NCBI RefSeq assembly: GCF_003918875.1
Contig: NW_025767412.1
Span: 1,674,001-1,738,000, forward strand
Direction of reading: 5' to 3'
From: Haliotis rubra
Taxonomy: Eukaryota
Length of the DNA stretch: 64,000 bases
Position 1 is the stretch's first letter. Each line of letters starts with the position of its first letter. Below are positions 1 through 12,759 of this stretch, in pieces. The notes below the pieces were generated by a model that was not told where the DNA came from, ran no database searches, and worked only from the letters and a program-made list of their open reading frames with translations. The position numbers were made by a program, and so were the translations under genes.

Positions 1-269
1 AATTGTATAACAGAACGGTCCGAGGCTAATGGAGCTGGTACCTAAACGACCTGACAGACCAGGGCACAATGCAGCACGACAAGCTTGGTGTTAAAGTCGA
101 CGTCATTGGAATTTGAGGCCAGGAATTTGGGGAAGGAATCGGACGAAAGTTGATTTCCTTTGTTCATGATTGATGGCCCAGTTCGTGTTGGCGCCGAATA
201 GACACTGCATATGTACAACGGAATATCATTATCATTAAGCAAACACCGTTTGGCGAGGGTTCATTGATG

Positions 270-1380
270 GTGTGGTGGTGCCTCTCACGTGATTCTCATC
301 ATTCTTTTAGCGGAGTCTGCAAATGATCTTAATCTAATGTTGGACTGTCTATACACTTGGTGCCACACAAACAAGATGGTTATAATCAATGACAAGTCAA
401 AGGTGATACTCTTCCGAAACCGTTCCATCCTCAAGACCAACCAGACCATCACGTGAGGTGATGCAATGCGGGAGTTAGTAGAGTGCTATAATTATCTCTG
501 ACTGTTAATGACAGAATTCGCAAGTTCAGCTAGTCGAGCTCTAGGCCTACTCATCTCAAAGTGCAAGTTCCTGGGTGGGATGCAATACAAGACTTTTACA
601 ACGCCATTTGATACTATGGTGTGGTCAGTCCTAGAATATGGAGCTAGCATCTGGGGAACCAGTAACTACTCGTGTTTCAAAGCCGTGGAAAATCGAGCTA
701 AACGTTTCTTCTTGGGACTGCGAAAATATGCCCCAAATGGTGCGACTGGAGGAGATATAGTTTGGACACCGCCGGTCATCGGACAGTGGTCAAGTGTGAC
801 AAGACGTTACATGCGACTCAAGAACATGGACACTCAACGTGCGACACACAGGATCTGGCTTTGGTCCCACAAGTGGGCTGTGAGAAGAAAACGAAACTGG
901 ACATGCAGAGTTGGTAAGAATTACTCGGACCTCAGCATGGACTACTACCTCAACATGCAACACAAATACTGTACGCATCACTTGATCAAAGCTGTGGGGA
1001 TAAGATGCATGAAGCTTTCCTTACACAGTGGAGAAGCACGGTAACACAGCCTAATGGGGAACCAGGTCAGGGAGGAAACAAGCTGAGATTTACGCACGTT
1101 TCAAGAACTCTTACTCTGTTGAGCCATATGTCACAGCATCAGGTCACACAGAAGCTCACTCGCTAAGTTCAGGAGCGGAACAGCACCGCTGAAAAAAAGC
1201 AAAAAAAAGCAAGGAGAACATGTTTTATATCCACCACCTCTGTAGAAGATGAGTGTCACGTACTCCTACACTGTCCCTTGTATGTAGACATCAGATAGGA
1301 GCTACTATCTCACTGTGAAACACTGATGGATAACTTCGCTGTACGCCAGGATATTGATGCTAATACCACCAAGATCTGCA
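270..1380 (+). mobile_element. Degraded 3' fragment of a non-LTR retrotransposon (end of RT and C-terminal region), related to the LINE at 1.6-4.4 kb
   Basis: ORF 508..1044 (ASSASRALGLLISKCK...MVWSVLEYGASIWG) aligns with the C-terminal part of ORF 1727..3478/3352..3774. It has stops and frameshifts and a remnant of the VEDE.H.L..CP.Y motif near 1240-1285. Boundaries are approximate. Confidence 0.8.
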
Positions 1381-1429
1381 CCCGAGGCGGCTCCATCCCT
1401 TCATCTAAATGCCAAACAGGGATAGGAAA

Positions 1430-1612
1430 ACATGACATAGGATAACTGGAGATAGGACAGCTGGACATAGGATAACTGGGCGTAGGGTTACTGGGGATGG
1501 GATAGCTGGACACTGGATTACTGGAGATAGGATAACTGGGCGTAGGATTACTGCAGATAGGATAACTGGACATCCGTACCAAATGTTAACACGAACTCAG
1601 GATAACTGGATA
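1430..1612. repeat. 15-bp-period minisatellite (GGATAACTGGAGATA-like)
   Basis: About 12 degenerate tandem units; they produce the SSYPI repeats of ORF 1310..1582. Confidence 0.8.
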
Positions 1613-1614
1613 GC

Positions 1615-4378
1615 TTTATGCAATCTGATGACAGTTATCGGTCACTTGTGGACATTGTCAATAAATTAGAGTCATCCCAATTTGTACAGGCTGATGTAGA
1701 CATTGCTTTTAACTCGTTTGTGAATAGTGTCAAAAATGAAATGCACAGTATACTGCCGACAAAAACCATACTCCTTGATTCCCATGCTAGAAACAAAAAA
1801 GCGTCGCCGTGCTAAGGAATGGTGGACTCCACAACTGGCACTTTTATGGAACGACATGTGTGTTGCAGAAAGGCGATGGTGTGAATGTAAGGGGATGGGT
1901 AGAGCGAATCTTAAACATGAGTATGTTCTAAAACGGGATCTGTTTGATAGGAAAGTTCAGAAAGCGAAGCGTGACTTCCAGACAGGCACCTTACGCGAGT
2001 TAGAGAGTTTGTGTGAAAGGGATACTTCAGAGTTTTGGAGGAAGATAGGTAAAGTGGGCGTGGGTTTTGAGAGGAAAAAGACTATCCCCATGGAAGTTAA
2101 GCTGTCTGATGGCTCCGTTAGTTCAAATATAGACACTGTTTTAGGGACATGGAGAGATGCGTATGCGAATCTACTCAACACTAATATTAGTTCTGACTGT
2201 ACACGTGTGCCACGTGACACAAACAGTAACAGTAACAGTGAGCTCAATATACCTATATCGCTTGGGGAGGTGCAGCGGGCTTTATTGACAGCAAAGGGAG
2301 GTAAATCGCCGGGTATCGATGCTATTCCAGTCGAAGTGCTGAAAAACTCTAATTGTTTGTTATTTCTACATAGCCTTTTTAATGTATGCTTTATCGAGGG
2401 TGTTGTCCCTTCTATGTGGGGTAAAGGCGTTATCACACCAATCCCAAAGACCTCCACGGATGACCCCAGGGACCCGCTCGCATACAGGGGTATAACGTTA
2501 GCCAGTGCCAGTTATAAGCTTTACTGTGGGGTACTGAACAACAGACTGAGTGAATACATGGAAAGCAATGGCCTTTTACATGATAATCAAAACGGGTTTA
2601 GAAAGGGCAGATCTACCATAGATCATGTATATAGTGTTACATCTATTATAGAAACAAGAAAAAGTATGAAAAAATCCACGTTTGCTGCTTTTATAGATTT
2701 TAGAAAAGCATATGATTGTATTGATCGGAATATTTTATGGGGAAAACTCTCACAAAATGTTAGGGGTAGGATTTTTAATGCAATTATGTCAATCTATGAT
2801 AACGTCAAATGTTGTATCCGTTTGAATGGTTTTAATACCCCATGGTTTGATGTTAATTGCGGTCTTAAACAAGGATGTTTACTTTCACCATTGTTATTCA
2901 ATATGTATATTAATGATCTGTTGTTAGTTTTAGATAATATGAATATAGGTGTGAATGTTGATGGTTTAAAGGTAGGTGTTTTAGCATATGCTGATGATCT
3001 TATTTTATTAGCGGAGAGTGAAACAGATCTTAATATTTTATTGGATTGTCTGAACACATGGTGTGATACGAACAAAATGTCTGTCAATGATAGTAAATCA
3101 AAAGTTATACATTTTAGGAATCAGTCCGTTGACAGAACCAGCTGTACATTTACTTGTGGAAATCTAAATCTTGAAGTTGTTGATTCTTATTGTTATTTGG
3201 GCCTGTTACTTAATGAACATCTAGATTATTCTAGAATGGCAAAGGCCGCGGCAAGTTCAGCCAGCAGAGCCCTAGGTTTGTTAATCTCCAAGTTTAAGCT
3301 CATTGGTGGTATGGAGTACCGATTGTTTACCAAACTTTATGATTCCATGGTGTGGTCTGTTTTAGATTATGGCGCATGTATATGGGGAACACAAAACATG
3401 TCATGTGTGAACGCTGTGCAAAACCGTGCAATGCGGTTCTATTTGGGTGTGAAAAGTTTGCACCCAACGCAGCTGTGAGCGGTGACATGGGTTGGACTCC
3501 CCCTATCGTGCGCCAGTGGGGCAGTGTTGTCAGATTTTATAAACGTCTTTGTAACCTGGATCAATATCGACTAACGAGCAAAATTTTTCTTTGGGGTAAC
3601 CTCTGGGCTTTTAGAAGAAAAAGAAACCTTAATTTTAAAATTCATAAAAAGTTAGCCAATGTTGATCTTGAGCACTTTATTTCCCCACTAATAGTTTTAA
3701 CTCCAGGTTTATTGTACAAAGTGTTATGCAGAAATTATTTGATACTTATAGACATGAGTGGAAGGAATCGGTAGGGAATACCTGTGGTCCATCTAAACAG
3801 GGGCAAATAAGCTACGCTTTTATGGTACTTTTAAGGATGTTTATACCCCAGAATTTTACGTAACTCATCCCATGCCCCGCCCATACAGAAGTGCATATGC
3901 TAAGTTCAGATCCGGCACTGCACCAATTAATATTGAGCTGGGTAGATACAACAATATTCCACTCAACGACAGAAAATGTTTTATTGTAAACACTGTGTTG
4001 AAGACGAAGTTCATGTTTTAATTAATTGTCCGGTTTATAGGGATGAACGTTTTAGTCTTTTAAATACTTGTGATAGCCTATGTCAGAATTTTAGTAATCT
4101 TACTGATATACAAAAACTGCTTTTATCCTGTCCAATAGCAATATCTGTTTTATAGCTGCCAAAACCTGCCATGTTGTTTTAAAAGGAGAAAATCCGTATT
4201 ATATAACTTTTAATTATTGTTATTCATAATACATGTACATGCAATTTTAAAGAATTTTAGTCTCTCATAATTCCGTATGGAATGGCCCTATGTAAATATA
4301 TGTTTAATTAGTTTGTATATATGTATAACAGGGGTGAGACTTTAATAAATAATCTGTCTGTCTGTCTGTCTGTCTGTG
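1615..4378 (+). mobile_element. 5'-truncated LINE (RT ORF2 with a few frameshifts; possibly RTE-X/L2-like clade)
   Basis: ORF 1727..3478 has RT motifs KSPGID, YRGITL, QNGFRKGRS, FIDFRKAYD, GLKQGCLLSPLLF, YADD and YLG. It continues frameshifted in 3352..3774 and then in a Cys/His motif (VEDEVHVLINCPVY near 4000). It ends with AATAAA followed by a (CTGT)n tail at ~4353-4378. Confidence 0.92.
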
Positions 4379-5590
4379 AAGATACAAAATTGACTGTAAA
4401 TATGGACAAAACTAAAGTGATTGCTTTTAAAAATGGAGGTAAATTAGCGAAAAATGAAAAGTGGTTTTATAACGGACAGATGTTGGAAACTACATCTTTC
4501 TATAAATATCTAGGTGTGTATTTTACGTATCGCCTCACTTGGAATTCGTCAAACCAGGCTAAGGAATTGGCAAGAACCTTTCTGTACTTTCAGACATATC
4601 TTATAATGCTTTTATCAAGATATTTAACGCAAAAAGTAAGCCGAGTACTACTTTATGGGTCAGAGGTATGGGGACTTACAGCTTATGATGCAATTGAACA
4701 AGTACACTTATTTGCCTGTAAAAATACTTAGGAATTAAAACAAATACCCCCAGGTGTATGGGGAAACGGGGCGTTATCCCATGTGTATATATGCTTATAT
4801 TAAAGTCATTAAATATTGGTTAAGACTTATCCATATGACCCCTTACAGATACCCACGGAAATGCTATGAAATGATGTTAGTATATGATAATAAAGGTAAA
4901 TGGTAAACGAAATTAGGGCACTCACGTGAAGGAGGTACCACATACGTGAAGGAGATACTTTTTAATACAGGTTTTAATTACATTTGGTATGATCAACATG
5001 TAAACTGTTCTTCAAATTTCATAATGACTTTTACACAGAGGTTAAAAGACATATTTCTGCAAGATTGGCATCGCGCCCAGAGTTTGTCGAGTAAATGTTT
5101 CTACTACAAACAGCTAAAATCCACTATTGAAACTGAAACTTACCTCGAGGTTATAAATGTGAAGAAATTTAGGATAGCAATTGCAAGGCTAAGATGTTCA
5201 TCCCATGATCTCTTTGTGCAAACAGGAAGGTACACAAATATTTCTAGGGAAAATAGATATTGTAAACTTTGTAATTTGAATATCATAGAAGACGAATATC
5301 ATCTACTTCTTATATGTCCATTTTATTCAACAATAAGAAAAAACATCTGTCTAATTATTATATTAGACACCCAAACACTCACAAATCTATTGCTCTACCG
5401 AGTTCGAACAATTCTCAAGTTCTACGAAATGTATCAGCATTTATATTCAATGCTTTAAACTATAGAAAGGCTGTCATGTCTTAATTGTGTCATGCAATAT
5501 ACACGTTAATGATTGCTTATATTCTACCATATGTATATTATAATTGTACTACAGGCCTGTGGCCACTTCAGTACTGAATAAACGGATTGA
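4379..5590 (+). mobile_element. 3' part of a second, different LINE (degraded)
   Basis: Motifs VNMDKTKVIAF, FYKYLGVYF, LLYGSEVWG (4321..4731) and IARLRCSSHDL.VQTGRY...RYCKLCN..IEDEYHLLLICPFY (4946..5458); AATAAA near 5577. Confidence 0.85.
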
Positions 5591-6192
5591 CAACCTTCTG
5601 CAGTAAGTGTACTCAACTCGTGTCTTTGTTCACGACCTCTACTCTATACTTTGATTTCGAGCAAGCAAACACTACTTACAGACATTTTCCTCAAGCACAA
5701 TCGCTATGAAAGATATCTATTGTATTCATATGGACCAATGAAGATACTAGTATATGCATACAAATTCTGTTGAATTTGTTTTACCACAAATATGCCTTTA
5801 ACTACCATAATTGGGTCTCAGAATACCCTGACTGGGTCGCTGAGGACTGATAACTGAACGACGGTAAACTGGTCGCTTTTCCCCCGGTCCGTTCAATGTC
5901 CATGTAACGACAGTAAACTGTAGTATGTTATAACATTACATTTTATAAATTAGTTCCATCCCTTCATCAAAATGCCAAACAAACACCAGTTTGACTAAAG
6001 CAACTAAATTCTCCCTATAATTTTCAAATATTACATAAGAATAATGTTTATCAACAATTCTTATCACCATAAGACATTTAAATAGACATTATCGTTCCCA
6101 GACCAGTCCTAAGTTCTTATCTCTGACCTGAACGTCACCACCCCTCTATCTGTGCTTCGCCATTCAGACATTGTGGTATCGTGGTCTTAACG

Positions 6193-6386
6193 ATGAACAA
6201 CATACTGTACATCGCGGGGCTGCTGGCGTCGTTGATGCCGTTATCATCAGCGTTACAGTGCATCAGTTGTGTTAATGCTACCTGTATCCCTCCACCCCCA
6301 AGTTGTGAGGTTGGTCAGCGACCATGCTCTTGCTGTATGGAATGTAGAGTTGGGCTGGGAGGCGAATGTGGACCATTTTCTGTCGA
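6193..6386 (+). CDS. IGFBP-N single-domain (perlustrin-family) secreted protein, gene 1, exon 1
   Basis: MNNILYIAGLLASLMPLSSA (signal peptide-like) + LQCISCVNATCIPPPPSCEVGQRPCSCCMECRVGLGGECGPFSV, containing the IGFBP CxCCxxC motif. Phase-2 donor GA|GTAGGT at 6387. Confidence 0.85.
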
Positions 6387-6925
6387 GTAGGTCAAAGAGT
6401 ATCTCTACGTTCTTCTAAATGAGAGTTATATTTTTGTGTTTGTGAAAGTTTCATTATTTATTAACTTCAGCCATTGAATTATTGTTTTATAGTTAATGTT
6501 TCAAATGTGCGTTTCACTAAGATGACAAATATTATAATGTTTACTGTTAACATTGAAACCCGTGAAGATCCGGGTTACAATTGGTCATCAGCAACCATGT
6601 TATTGAATTTCATACTGCCAAGTAATTGTACGGCCAGTCAATTTCGCACTGTGTACTGCCATTGGACTCTGGTCTATTTAATTATATCATACAATTGTTG
6701 GTGCGCTTGAAGTGTTACAGAGTTACATCCCTTAGTCCGCTGGAACCCTGTGGTCGTTGGCTGGGTTCCCTGTTCGGCTCAAAGACGTTTCTAGGTTTAT
6801 CAGCACTAAACTTGTGCTCGTAGGTTTTACCAAAGCAGTAAACGACTAAGATCACTTCTAGCTCTCCTACGACATGAAGCTAACTTTAAACCTTAATTCA
6901 TTCACTCAAACCTATTTCGAGATTG

Positions 6926-7146
6926 ACCCGTGAAGATCTGGGTTAGAATTGATCATCAGTAAACCATGCTTGTCGTAAGAGGCGACTAACGGGATCAGGT
7001 GGTCAGGCTCGCTGACTTGGTTGACGTGTCATCGTATCCCAGTTACGTAGATCGATGCTCATGCTGTTGATCACTGGATTGTCCAGACTCAATTATTTTG
7101 CGGGAATATTGCTGAGTGCGGCGTAAAACTAAACCCACTCACTCAC
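6926..7146 (+). mobile_element. SINE family B copy (head ACCCGTGAAGATCCGGGTTAGAA, core CTTGTCGTAAGAGGCGACTAA), in intron 1 of gene 1
   Basis: Dispersed ~240-bp repeat present more than 10 times in the window, ending in a (CACT)n tail. It resembles molluscan V-domain/RUDI-type SINEs (from recall). Confidence 0.75.
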
Positions 7147-7231
7147 TATTTCGATATTGTTCGTTTTTTTATCAGAGCAAAACCAGGGCTCGCGTGATAT
7201 TGTTTTCTGTGTGATTATATCTTTCTTGTAG

Positions 7232-7394
7232 ATGCGAATCTCGTCTAGTATGTTTGACTAACGCCGGTGCCTACAACGGCCGCCCCCCTTACTGGGCAAA
7301 TGTCGTGGGGAAATGCATCCTGCCCTCGGCCCTACTTCCATCTTCTGCCACACCGTCACAGATCACACCATCGTTGATCACGTTACTGAAGAAA
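7232..7394 (+). CDS. Gene 1, exon 2 (Cys10-12 plus Pro/Ser/Thr-rich tail)
   Basis: Acceptor CTTTCTTGTAG| at 7231. In-frame splice gives (E)CESRLVCLTNAGAYNGRPPYWANVVGKCILPSALLPSSATPSQITPSLITLLKK and completes 12 Cys. Strong donor GTGAGT at 7395; without it the ORF reads on to 7478. Possible exon 3 at 8018 (CTTCTTTCAG|AAT GCG GAC TAG) is unproven. Confidence 0.8.
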
Positions 7395-7608
7395 GTGAGT
7401 AATTCAATACATCTTTTACTTCAGACTTGCTTGAGGAAAGGCGGCTCACCCCTTTCACGAACACCTGGTGTTCCCTGATAAATAATCACGGTTAAACAAA
7501 GACCTCATTCATCCATCTTCTCACACTGGATAAATGTCAAGAGAAGACGAATATAATATATAATATATAAATGTCTGTGATGTACTTTATAACAGGTTGA
7601 CTGAAATG

Positions 7609-7857
7609 ACCCGTGAAAGTCCGGGTTAGAATGAGCCTTCAGTAACCCATGCTTGTCGTAAGAGGCGACTAACGAGATCGGGTGGTCAGGCTTGCTGACT
7701 TGGTTGACACATGTCATCGGTTCCCAGTTGCGCAGATCGATGCACATGCCGTTGATCACTGGATTGTCTGGTTCAGACTCGATTATTTACAGATCGCCGC
7801 CATATAGCTGGAATATAGCTGAGTGCGGCGTAAAACTAAACTCACTAACTCACTCAC
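7609..7857 (+). mobile_element. SINE family B, full-length copy
   Basis: Complete head-core-tail, ending GCGGCGTAAAACTAAACTCACT... Confidence 0.8.
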
Positions 7858-8502
7858 TTGACTGAAATATTCTGAACACATTAAGATTCACGACTATTTG
7901 GGGAGGTATGTTGTTTAATGAAAGCTGAGCACACTCAACAGTATCCCCAACAATATTTATGTTTATAGGGAACCCAATTGTATACACCGATGCAATCATG
8001 TCATGATCTTCTTTCAGAATGCGGACTAGTTGGAAAAAGCCAGCTTCGATATTTGACCCTGTATGATTGTGTTGATTGATTAAAGGGAACATCGCCATTC
8101 GGGTCTTTCTTTCCACATCAAGCTTACAGCTCAAGGACGTGATATAACTGGAACAGTGTGCAATGCGGTGTTATCCGCAACTCACAACACATCACTTGTT
8201 GTAACCAACAATTTCAACCACGAACGCTTGTCGGAGGACACGTACAGACTGGGTACATAGTGACAGACATGTTTAGACTGAGAAATGTAAGCTGCACCCA
8301 ATCTTCGTATTGAAAAATAAAATTGTTATCCAAAATCATCTTACTGTACTTATAAGAGAGCATTTGCATGAGTAACCAGCACATGTACTTCATGTACAAA
8401 ATTAATATAGAAGTTTTGTTCAACAAAACAGTGCAATTTTGTTGGGGCTTTGCTATCCTTCGCTCGTTTGGCTTGTGGCAGCGTGGCAGGATTATTGAAC
8501 AA

Positions 8503-9405
8503 TGTGAACCTATTTTAAGAGGTCAGAGGATCATGTGAACCTATTTCTAGAATCAGAGGACCACGTGAACCTATTTCTCGAATCAGTGGACCACGTGAAC
8601 CTCTTTCTAGAATCAGAGGACCACGTGAACCTATTTCTAGAATCAGAGGACCACGCTAACCTATTTCTAGAATCAGAGGACCATGTGAACCTATTTCTAG
8701 AATCAGAGGACCATGTGAACCTATTTCTAGAATCAGAGGACCATGTGAACCTATTTCTAGAATCAGAGGACCACGTGAACCTATTTCTAGAATCAGAGGA
8801 CCACGCTAGAATCAGAGGACCACGTGAACCTATTTCTAGAATCAGAGGACCATGGACCATTTCTAGAATCAGAGGACCATTTGAACCTATTTCTAGAATC
8901 AGAGGACCACGTGACCTACGTCAGAGAACCTATTTCTAGAATCAGAGGACCACGTGAACCTAGTTCTAGAATCAGAGGACCACGTGAACCTATTTCTAGA
9001 ATCAGAGGACCATGTGAACCTATTTCTAGAATCAGAGGACCACGAATCAGAACCACGTGAACCTATTTCTAGAATCAGAGGACCATGTGAACCTATTTCT
9101 AGAATCAGAGGACCACGTGAACCTATTTCTAGAATCAGAGGACCACGTGAACCTATTTCTAGAATCAGAGGACCACGTGAACCTATTTCTAGAATCAGAG
9201 GACCATGTGAACCTAAATCAGAGGACCACGCTATCCTATTTCTAGAATCACAGGACCATGTGAACCTATTTCTAGAATCAGAGGACCATGTGAACCTATT
9301 TCTAGAATCAGAGGACCATGTGAACCTATTTCTCGAATCAGAGGACCACATGACATTTCTAGCAGCAAGGGACCACTTGAACCTATTTCTGCTGGCAGAA
9401 GACCC
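8503..9405. repeat. 30-bp minisatellite (GTGAACCTATTTCTAGAATCAGAGGACCAC)n, ~30 copies
   Basis: Direct tandem units; they account for the repetitive ORFs 8531-9527. Confidence 0.97.
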
Positions 9406-10027
9406 GGTGATCGTAAATCTACACACTTGCATAAGTACACAACACATGAAAAACGTCCCATGTAGACATGATCAATAGTAAAGCGACATCTTCCGTGTAT
9501 AGCTGACAACTTGATACACAACCACATGCGTCCATAACGGTGAAGCGATCATAAAATCTAAGCGGCACTTCACGGCGTTCTGTCGTACGATGTTTGAAAG
9601 CGATAGTTATAATCAGTAGCTCGCATTTGGAATTGTCTGGTGTAATCATCTAAGATTGGATTGACACATGTCATCGTATCCCAGTTGCGCAGATCGATGC
9701 TTATGATGTTGGATTGTCTGGTTGTGTGCAGACTGCTGTCATATAGAGGCACTATGGCTGAGTGCGGCGTTAAACAACAAACAAATATAGATGTTACATG
9801 CTCGTACAATGTATTTGGCAGGTCGGGAATGGAAGAGGGGAATGGACAGTTGACTTGCCAAAACCTTCAATGAAAGGACCTAGCAGCTATCCGTTGATTG
9901 CTCACTGTTATCTTGCACAATGGATTTGTCCAAAGTGTTCATATATGTAGGTGTACCACAGCAGACGGGAATATACTCACACATAATTGTCTGTGTATAA
10001 GCAACATACTTCGTTCAAAGGATTAGA

Positions 10028-10193
10028 CTGACTGACTGAGTTTAGTTTTACGCCGCTTTTAGCAATATTCCAGCAATATCACGGCGGAGGACACCAGAAA
10101 TGGGCTTAACACATTGTGCCCATGTGGGGAATCGAACCCGGGTCTTCGGCGTGACGAGCCAACGCTTTAACCACTAGGCTACCCCACCGCCCC
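10028..10193 (-). mobile_element. SINE family A (tRNA-derived), full length with 12-bp TSD
   Basis: Head has A-box (GTAGCCTAGTGG) and B-box (GGTTCGATTCC); tail is (AGTC)n. TSD CAAAGGATTAGA at 10016-10027 and 10194-10205. It sits head-to-head with a partial + copy at 10206-10290. Confidence 0.9.
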
Positions 10194-11174
10194 CAAAGGA
10201 TTAGAGGGGCGGTGGGGTAGCCTAGAGGTTAAAGCGCTCGCTCGTCACGCCGAAGACCCGGGTTCGATACCCCTCATGATCACAATGTCTGAATTTAAAC
10301 TACAAAACACAAGCGATATTTCCTTTACGTGCTGTCTTTCTTTATCAGAATGTCTACCAGTTTTCTTACACATTGACACATTCGTTTGTGTAACATATGT
10401 GAAATAATTATGTTTTGTACCTGAGTCACAACGCCTGCCGTTTAACTTTGTCGTTTGCTATTCAATCAAGAAATTTTGATGCTACGCGCAAAAGTAGGTA
10501 TCTGCATATTTGAATCCATTTGTGCTTGTGCGTTTGGCATTGTACTCTGCAATATTTGGGTTATATAACAGCATCCATTACCGTGATTGAACATTATGTC
10601 ATTTTCGTTTTCCGTCTCACTGTTAGGTCAAATTCACGACTGATCGACGTGGTGGGGTAGCCTCGTGGTTCAAGGGTTCGCTGGTCAAACCGAATCGGGT
10701 TCGATTCCCTACGGGTACATTGAGTGAAGCTCATTTCTAATGTCGACCTGCTGGAATAGTTCTACTCACGGCGTACTAAAAACACTCAGTCGACCACGCA
10801 TGACTTAGGAGAGCCGGGTGTGATACAGGGTGAAGACACTTCTTGTGAAACCCATAGTCACGTGTGTGGTGCTGACGTATCAAGAAGCATGATCAGACCA
10901 ACTCTGAGATTTGAACCCGTGACTAGTGGTTCACCAGTAAGAGGCTACTGCAGAACTTTCAACTACTTCAGCCATGTTTTAAACCAGCTAATCCTGTGTG
11001 TCAAGAATGAACTTTGGTTGTTGGATATGCCCATCAAACACTGTTTCCCTTTTTCAAACCGGAAGCTCTCTTTCTATTTTGAGTGTACATCATGGTGCAA
11101 GTCACCTCTTTACATATTACAAACTCACTCACTCACTCTAGCAATAGGTCACGCATTTATATGTTACTGTATCT

Positions 11175-12759
11175 CACCAATTCTCTGTAATGCGAAGCCA
11201 TTTATTAATATTGCTGTCGCACTTAAACTGTAGCCTCAAGAGTTGAGATTTGTATTTAATATATGTTTGCTGTTAAATATCGCAAACAAAGTTAAATGGC
11301 ACGCCTTCGTGCTTTTCTGACTATCCACAGATGTTCATAAGGGCTGATTTTATCACAAAACGCTTGTCATCAGACGTACAATGTAAAATGTAACCCACGA
11401 TAGTATCCTGAAAAAGTTTAAAATAGCATTTATGAGTAATCTATAATGTTGTTCTCTCAAGGGAAACTAAAGGATGGCATTTAAATATGATTTTTAAAAT
11501 TGATTACCCCTTATTACATTGTCTCCAGTATATGCTTAATCTACGTTACTGTTGAATTAACAATATCTAGAATACGCAAATACCTTCAAGTTGATAAAAT
11601 GCTTAAAATGATGTGAAGTAGCTGAAGAAGTAATTAGCAAAAGTGTTGAAACTCTCTCTATAGCCGCTTACTCCAGATGCCTTTACAATATAAACATTAT
11701 TAGAGTTTATATCGTCTAGTTTTTGAAGGATGTAATGTATATACGTAACCTACATATATTGATATACAACATAAAACGCTGGAAATAACCAACAATGGCG
11801 AAGCAAGTCACAGATGATACACAGAGGGAGTCTGCGATACTCAGTACACGTAAATGTCATCTCTCTAATGTAATATACGAGATCCATTTGGCAACTACAA
11901 TGCTTTCTTTTCATATGCAACTAATACCTATCAACAATACAATACTTATTATACAAAATCAAGCTAATGTTAAATCAATGAATTAGCTAGGTTACCTTGA
12001 CCTTGGTAACGTAATTACACTAAAGTCAACATTTTAAACATTATCGGGCACCCTCTGATACCTCGTTACTTTACCATGACATCTATTTGTATTGTTTCAT
12101 CTATACATAATGCTCATTATTTTGTAAAAGTTTATGATTATCAGTGTATTATAAGCTACAGAGCCACCATACAATGAGCGGTAACGTAGATTACCAAAAA
12201 TGTTATGTTTCTCGTAGTTCTTCAGTTTACTCATCTGTGCCTTTTCTAAGCAAAAATTATTACATTGATTTAGTCAATAGTGGATGGTATTTTGTAAAAG
12301 GCACAACTTTATTCCAAATTTGTTTCAGGTTACACTACAATGACTGAAACGATGAAACAATATTACATATGGTGGCAACGTAGATTGCATGATTTCAGTT
12401 TTCTTCCTTACCTCCCTGAGATGTGAATTTTTAAAAGTTGAAAACTGTATCCCACCAACTGTAATTGCCTTTGATGGAGAGAGCTGTGCTTCATTAAAAA
12501 GGAATATCAACAATACTGTAATTACATGTATGTTTGTTCAATCTGTTTTTTTCGATTTGTCACAGAGATCCAGTAGATCACAATGCAAAAAAGATGCCGG
12601 TATCTTCATAAGAGTGTAACAGATCAACGGAGTGTTCCCTTTTTTTTTTTTTTGCACACCATGTTCCATGAGTTGAAACCTAATAAAATTTCACGGAAAG
12701 TCAAAACTTTATTTTTTTAACGTTGTTTGCTATTGGCTCCATTTTACAGAGAATTGGTG
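11175..12759. mobile_element. Non-autonomous DNA transposon with CAC..GTG termini and 4-bp TSD (Chapaev-like)
   Basis: 16-bp perfect TIR CACCAATTCTCTGTAA / TTACAGAGAATTGGTG; TSD ATCT at 11171-11174 and 12760-12763. The empty site (GTATCTGACAAATAT) is seen in the paralogous segment at ~20660. Confidence 0.85.

Noticed and set aside
1310-1582. SSYPI-repeat ORF
   Set aside because: Translation of a 15-bp minisatellite lying between LINE fragments.
8531-9527. Several long ORFs on both strands (LFLESEDHVN, WSSDSRNRFT repeats), superficially like a repetitive acidic shell protein
   Set aside because: They are translations of a 30-bp minisatellite that is open in several frames, with frame-breaking deletions and no signal peptide or splice support.
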